From contig JAISRB010000092.1 of the NCBI GenBank assembly GCA_031273825.1, positions 1 through 52,163 on the forward strand: 52,163 nucleotides of DNA, read 5' to 3'. Position numbers and translations under genes: made by a program. This stretch comes from Clostridiales bacterium (GTDB taxonomy: Bacteria; Bacillota; Clostridia; Christensenellales; JAISNN01). Every line of letters starts with the position of its first letter. Within the stretch, counting starts at the first letter, position 1. Below, piece by piece: positions 50,744 to 52,163 of this stretch. The notes below the pieces were generated by a model. It was given only the letters and a program-made list of their open reading frames with translations, did not search any database and had not been told where the DNA came from.

Positions 50744-51893
50744 TAGCGGTTTGAGCCGAGCAATAGTCGGCGTACAGTGAAACAGCACGTTTCAATTGCG
50801 AGCGCACGGTCGGCACAAGCGATTGATAATCAGCCGCTTGTTCGAGTGTGAACAGGTAATATGCATCCGGTACAGAGGGCAAAGCGCAAATCGCGGCGGC
50901 GCGTTTTAGACGCGATACGGTGTCGCGGCAGGTGCGCTCGCAAAGCGGTTGTGCATGCGTCAGCCAGTTGGAGAATGCCAAATAGTTAATCTGTCGCTCA
51001 CACTCGTCGATGTAGCGCGCTAAAGCTTTCGCAACGAACTCCGCGAGTTTTACGGGTACGGCGTTACCAATCATTTGCTCCATTTCCGTCTTGTTGCCAG
51101 CCCATTTGAAATTCGGCGGAAACGTCTGGATCAAGGCGCGTTCGAGCGTAGTCAGAGCGCGAATCGATTTGTCTAACGCTCTCGCGTCGTTCGGGTGACC
51201 GGGATAGCCGGGCGGCACGGGACGATTCATTCCTCTGACGGTCGGCGATGGCTCATCTATTGAGTATACGGCGCGACGGTTGTAATTGCGTGGGTGGCGG
51301 TAGTAATACTCGAAATCAAGAGACTCGCCAAAGTAGTCACGTAAGGTCGTTTCTGTATCGCTTAGGTTAGCAGTTATATAATCTGATAGAAAACCGTCGA
51401 CGGCGTCAAGCGAACCAATACAGAAAAAACGCTTGCGCTTTTGAGGAACTCCGCAATAACTCGCATCAAGTACGATTTCGGTCAACCCATAACCCGCGTT
51501 TTTAAAAATTGCTCTCGCCGTCGCATACGTGCCGCTCTTTTGAGCGCGGTCTACGTTCTCCATGACGAACCATCTCGGGCGGATTGCGGCAACAATGTTA
51601 GCGTATGCCTCGGTTAGAGCGGCACGCTTGTCCTCCACGCGTTTTCCGGCGTGAGAAAAGTCCTGACAGGGGGGGCCGCCGATAATAATGTCGGGATTCA
51701 GAGCTTTGATTTTTGGTAGTATGACATGGATGTCGAACAAGTCCTCTCTGAAAACAGGGTGATTAAAATTGGCTTCATAACAAGCGGCTGCGGTTTCCCA
51801 ATACTCAAACGCGCCTACAAACTCAAATCCCGCGTCTTGGAATCCTCGCGATAGACCGCCGCACCCCGCAAACAAATCAGCTATTTTCTTCAT
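50736..51893 (-). CDS. dcm: DNA (cytosine-5)-methyltransferase with a ~110-aa C-terminal extension
   Basis: Motif I FAGCGGLSRGF, motif IV GGPPCQDFSHAG, motif VI ENV, motif VIII QKRKRFF and motif X GNAVPV are present. A GGAGGAAA RBS precedes the ATG at 51893. Confidence 0.93.
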   Translation of the reverse strand: MKKIADLFAGCGGLSRGFQDAGFEFVGAFEYWETAAACYEANFNHPVFREDLFDIHVILPKIKALNPDIIIGGPPCQDFSHAGKRVEDKRAALTEAYANIVAAIRPRWFVMENVDRAQKSGTYATARAIFKNAGYGLTEIVLDASYCGVPQKRKRFFCIGSLDAVDGFLSDYITANLSDTETTLRDYFGESLDFEYYYRHPRNYNRRAVYSIDEPSPTVRGMNRPVPPGYPGHPNDARALDKSIRALTTLERALIQTFPPNFKWAGNKTEMEQMIGNAVPVKLAEFVAKALARYIDECERQINYLAFSNWLTHAQPLCERTCRDTVSRLKRAAAICALPSVPDAYYLFTLEQAADYQSLVPTVRSQLKRAVSLYADYCSAQTANG

Positions 51894-51966
51894 TTTTCCG
51901 TTTCCTCCTTGACTTTCGGCGCGTATCATGATATAATATATTAATTATATCACAGTTTTATAGTGG

Positions 51967-51982
51967 CGTCAATACATTGACG
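51967..51982. promoter_or_regulatory. Inverted repeat CGTCAAT-ac-ATTGACG in the dcm / partial-ORF divergent region; candidate operator
   Basis: A perfect 7-bp inverted repeat read directly, 30 bp upstream of the ATG at 52014. Confidence 0.35.
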
Positions 51983-52013
51983 TCAAAAAATATGAAATAT
52001 ACGGAGATTGAAA

Positions 52014-52163
52014 ATGGCTAAGCGTATATCAGATAAAGTGTTAACGTCATCGGGATTATTTGGGATAAAGCGCTCAAACCGCTCAACGGATAAACACTGG
52101 GGAAAGAATTGCTTTAACTCTAGTTTCCCGACTGCCGTTGCTTGCTATATGTTTGAGCATGAT
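52014..52163 (+). CDS. Partial ORF (first 50 codons) divergent from dcm; possibly the cognate restriction endonuclease
   Basis: GGAG lies 8 nt upstream of the ATG. The translation is MAKRISDKVLTSSGLFGIKRSNRSTDKHWGKNCFNSSFPTAVACYMFEHD..., truncated by the window edge. The function is inferred from position only. Confidence 0.4.
   Translation, partial: MAKRISDKVLTSSGLFGIKRSNRSTDKHWGKNCFNSSFPTAVACYMFEHD

Overview
This 52-kb window looks like chromosome from a spore-forming Firmicute. The evidence is spoIIE, a Bacillus-type long SRP RNA, sigmaA-type TTGACA/TATAAT promoters and AGGAGG ribosome-binding sites. Clostridia class is my inference, and GC is roughly 50-55% by eye. Most genes are housekeeping: hppA, spoIIE, ffs, argS, leuS, a phosphohexomutase, oadB/oadG-like genes, smc-ftsY and six tRNAs. 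Several accessory blocks sit between them. (1) The block that stands out is an RNA-repair-type module at 25.3-30.7 kb. Two overlapping WYL-type regulator genes lie divergent from rtcB. A non-coding gap after rtcB holds a perfectly proportioned, circularly permuted tRNA-like fold (T-arm, GNRA-capped acceptor stem, D-arm, open anticodon stem). An SPFH/Band-7 gene and a strong terminator follow. No Ro/Rsr, RtcA, archease or RtcR gene is present in the window. (2) A single AlbA_2/Schlafen-like gene is flanked by perfect 50-bp direct repeats that each contain a complete promoter. (3) A tightly overlapping four-gene operon of unknown function lies next to tRNA-Ala. (4) Two tandem fused MacB-like ABC transporters are present. 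(5) There is a large LRR/Listeria-Bacteroides-repeat lipoprotein and a membrane-anchored Sel1-repeat protein. (6) A dcm-vsr pair with a divergent partial ORF sits at the right edge. (7) Several intergenic repeat families occur: a 41-bp tandem array, A-tract-GCGCGG-T-tract palindromes and a heptamer array. Many long ORFs in the six-frame track are antisense or out-of-frame artefacts of GC-rich, low-complexity coding sequence and were rejected. All calls come from reading motifs and base-pairing by eye; no database search was run.
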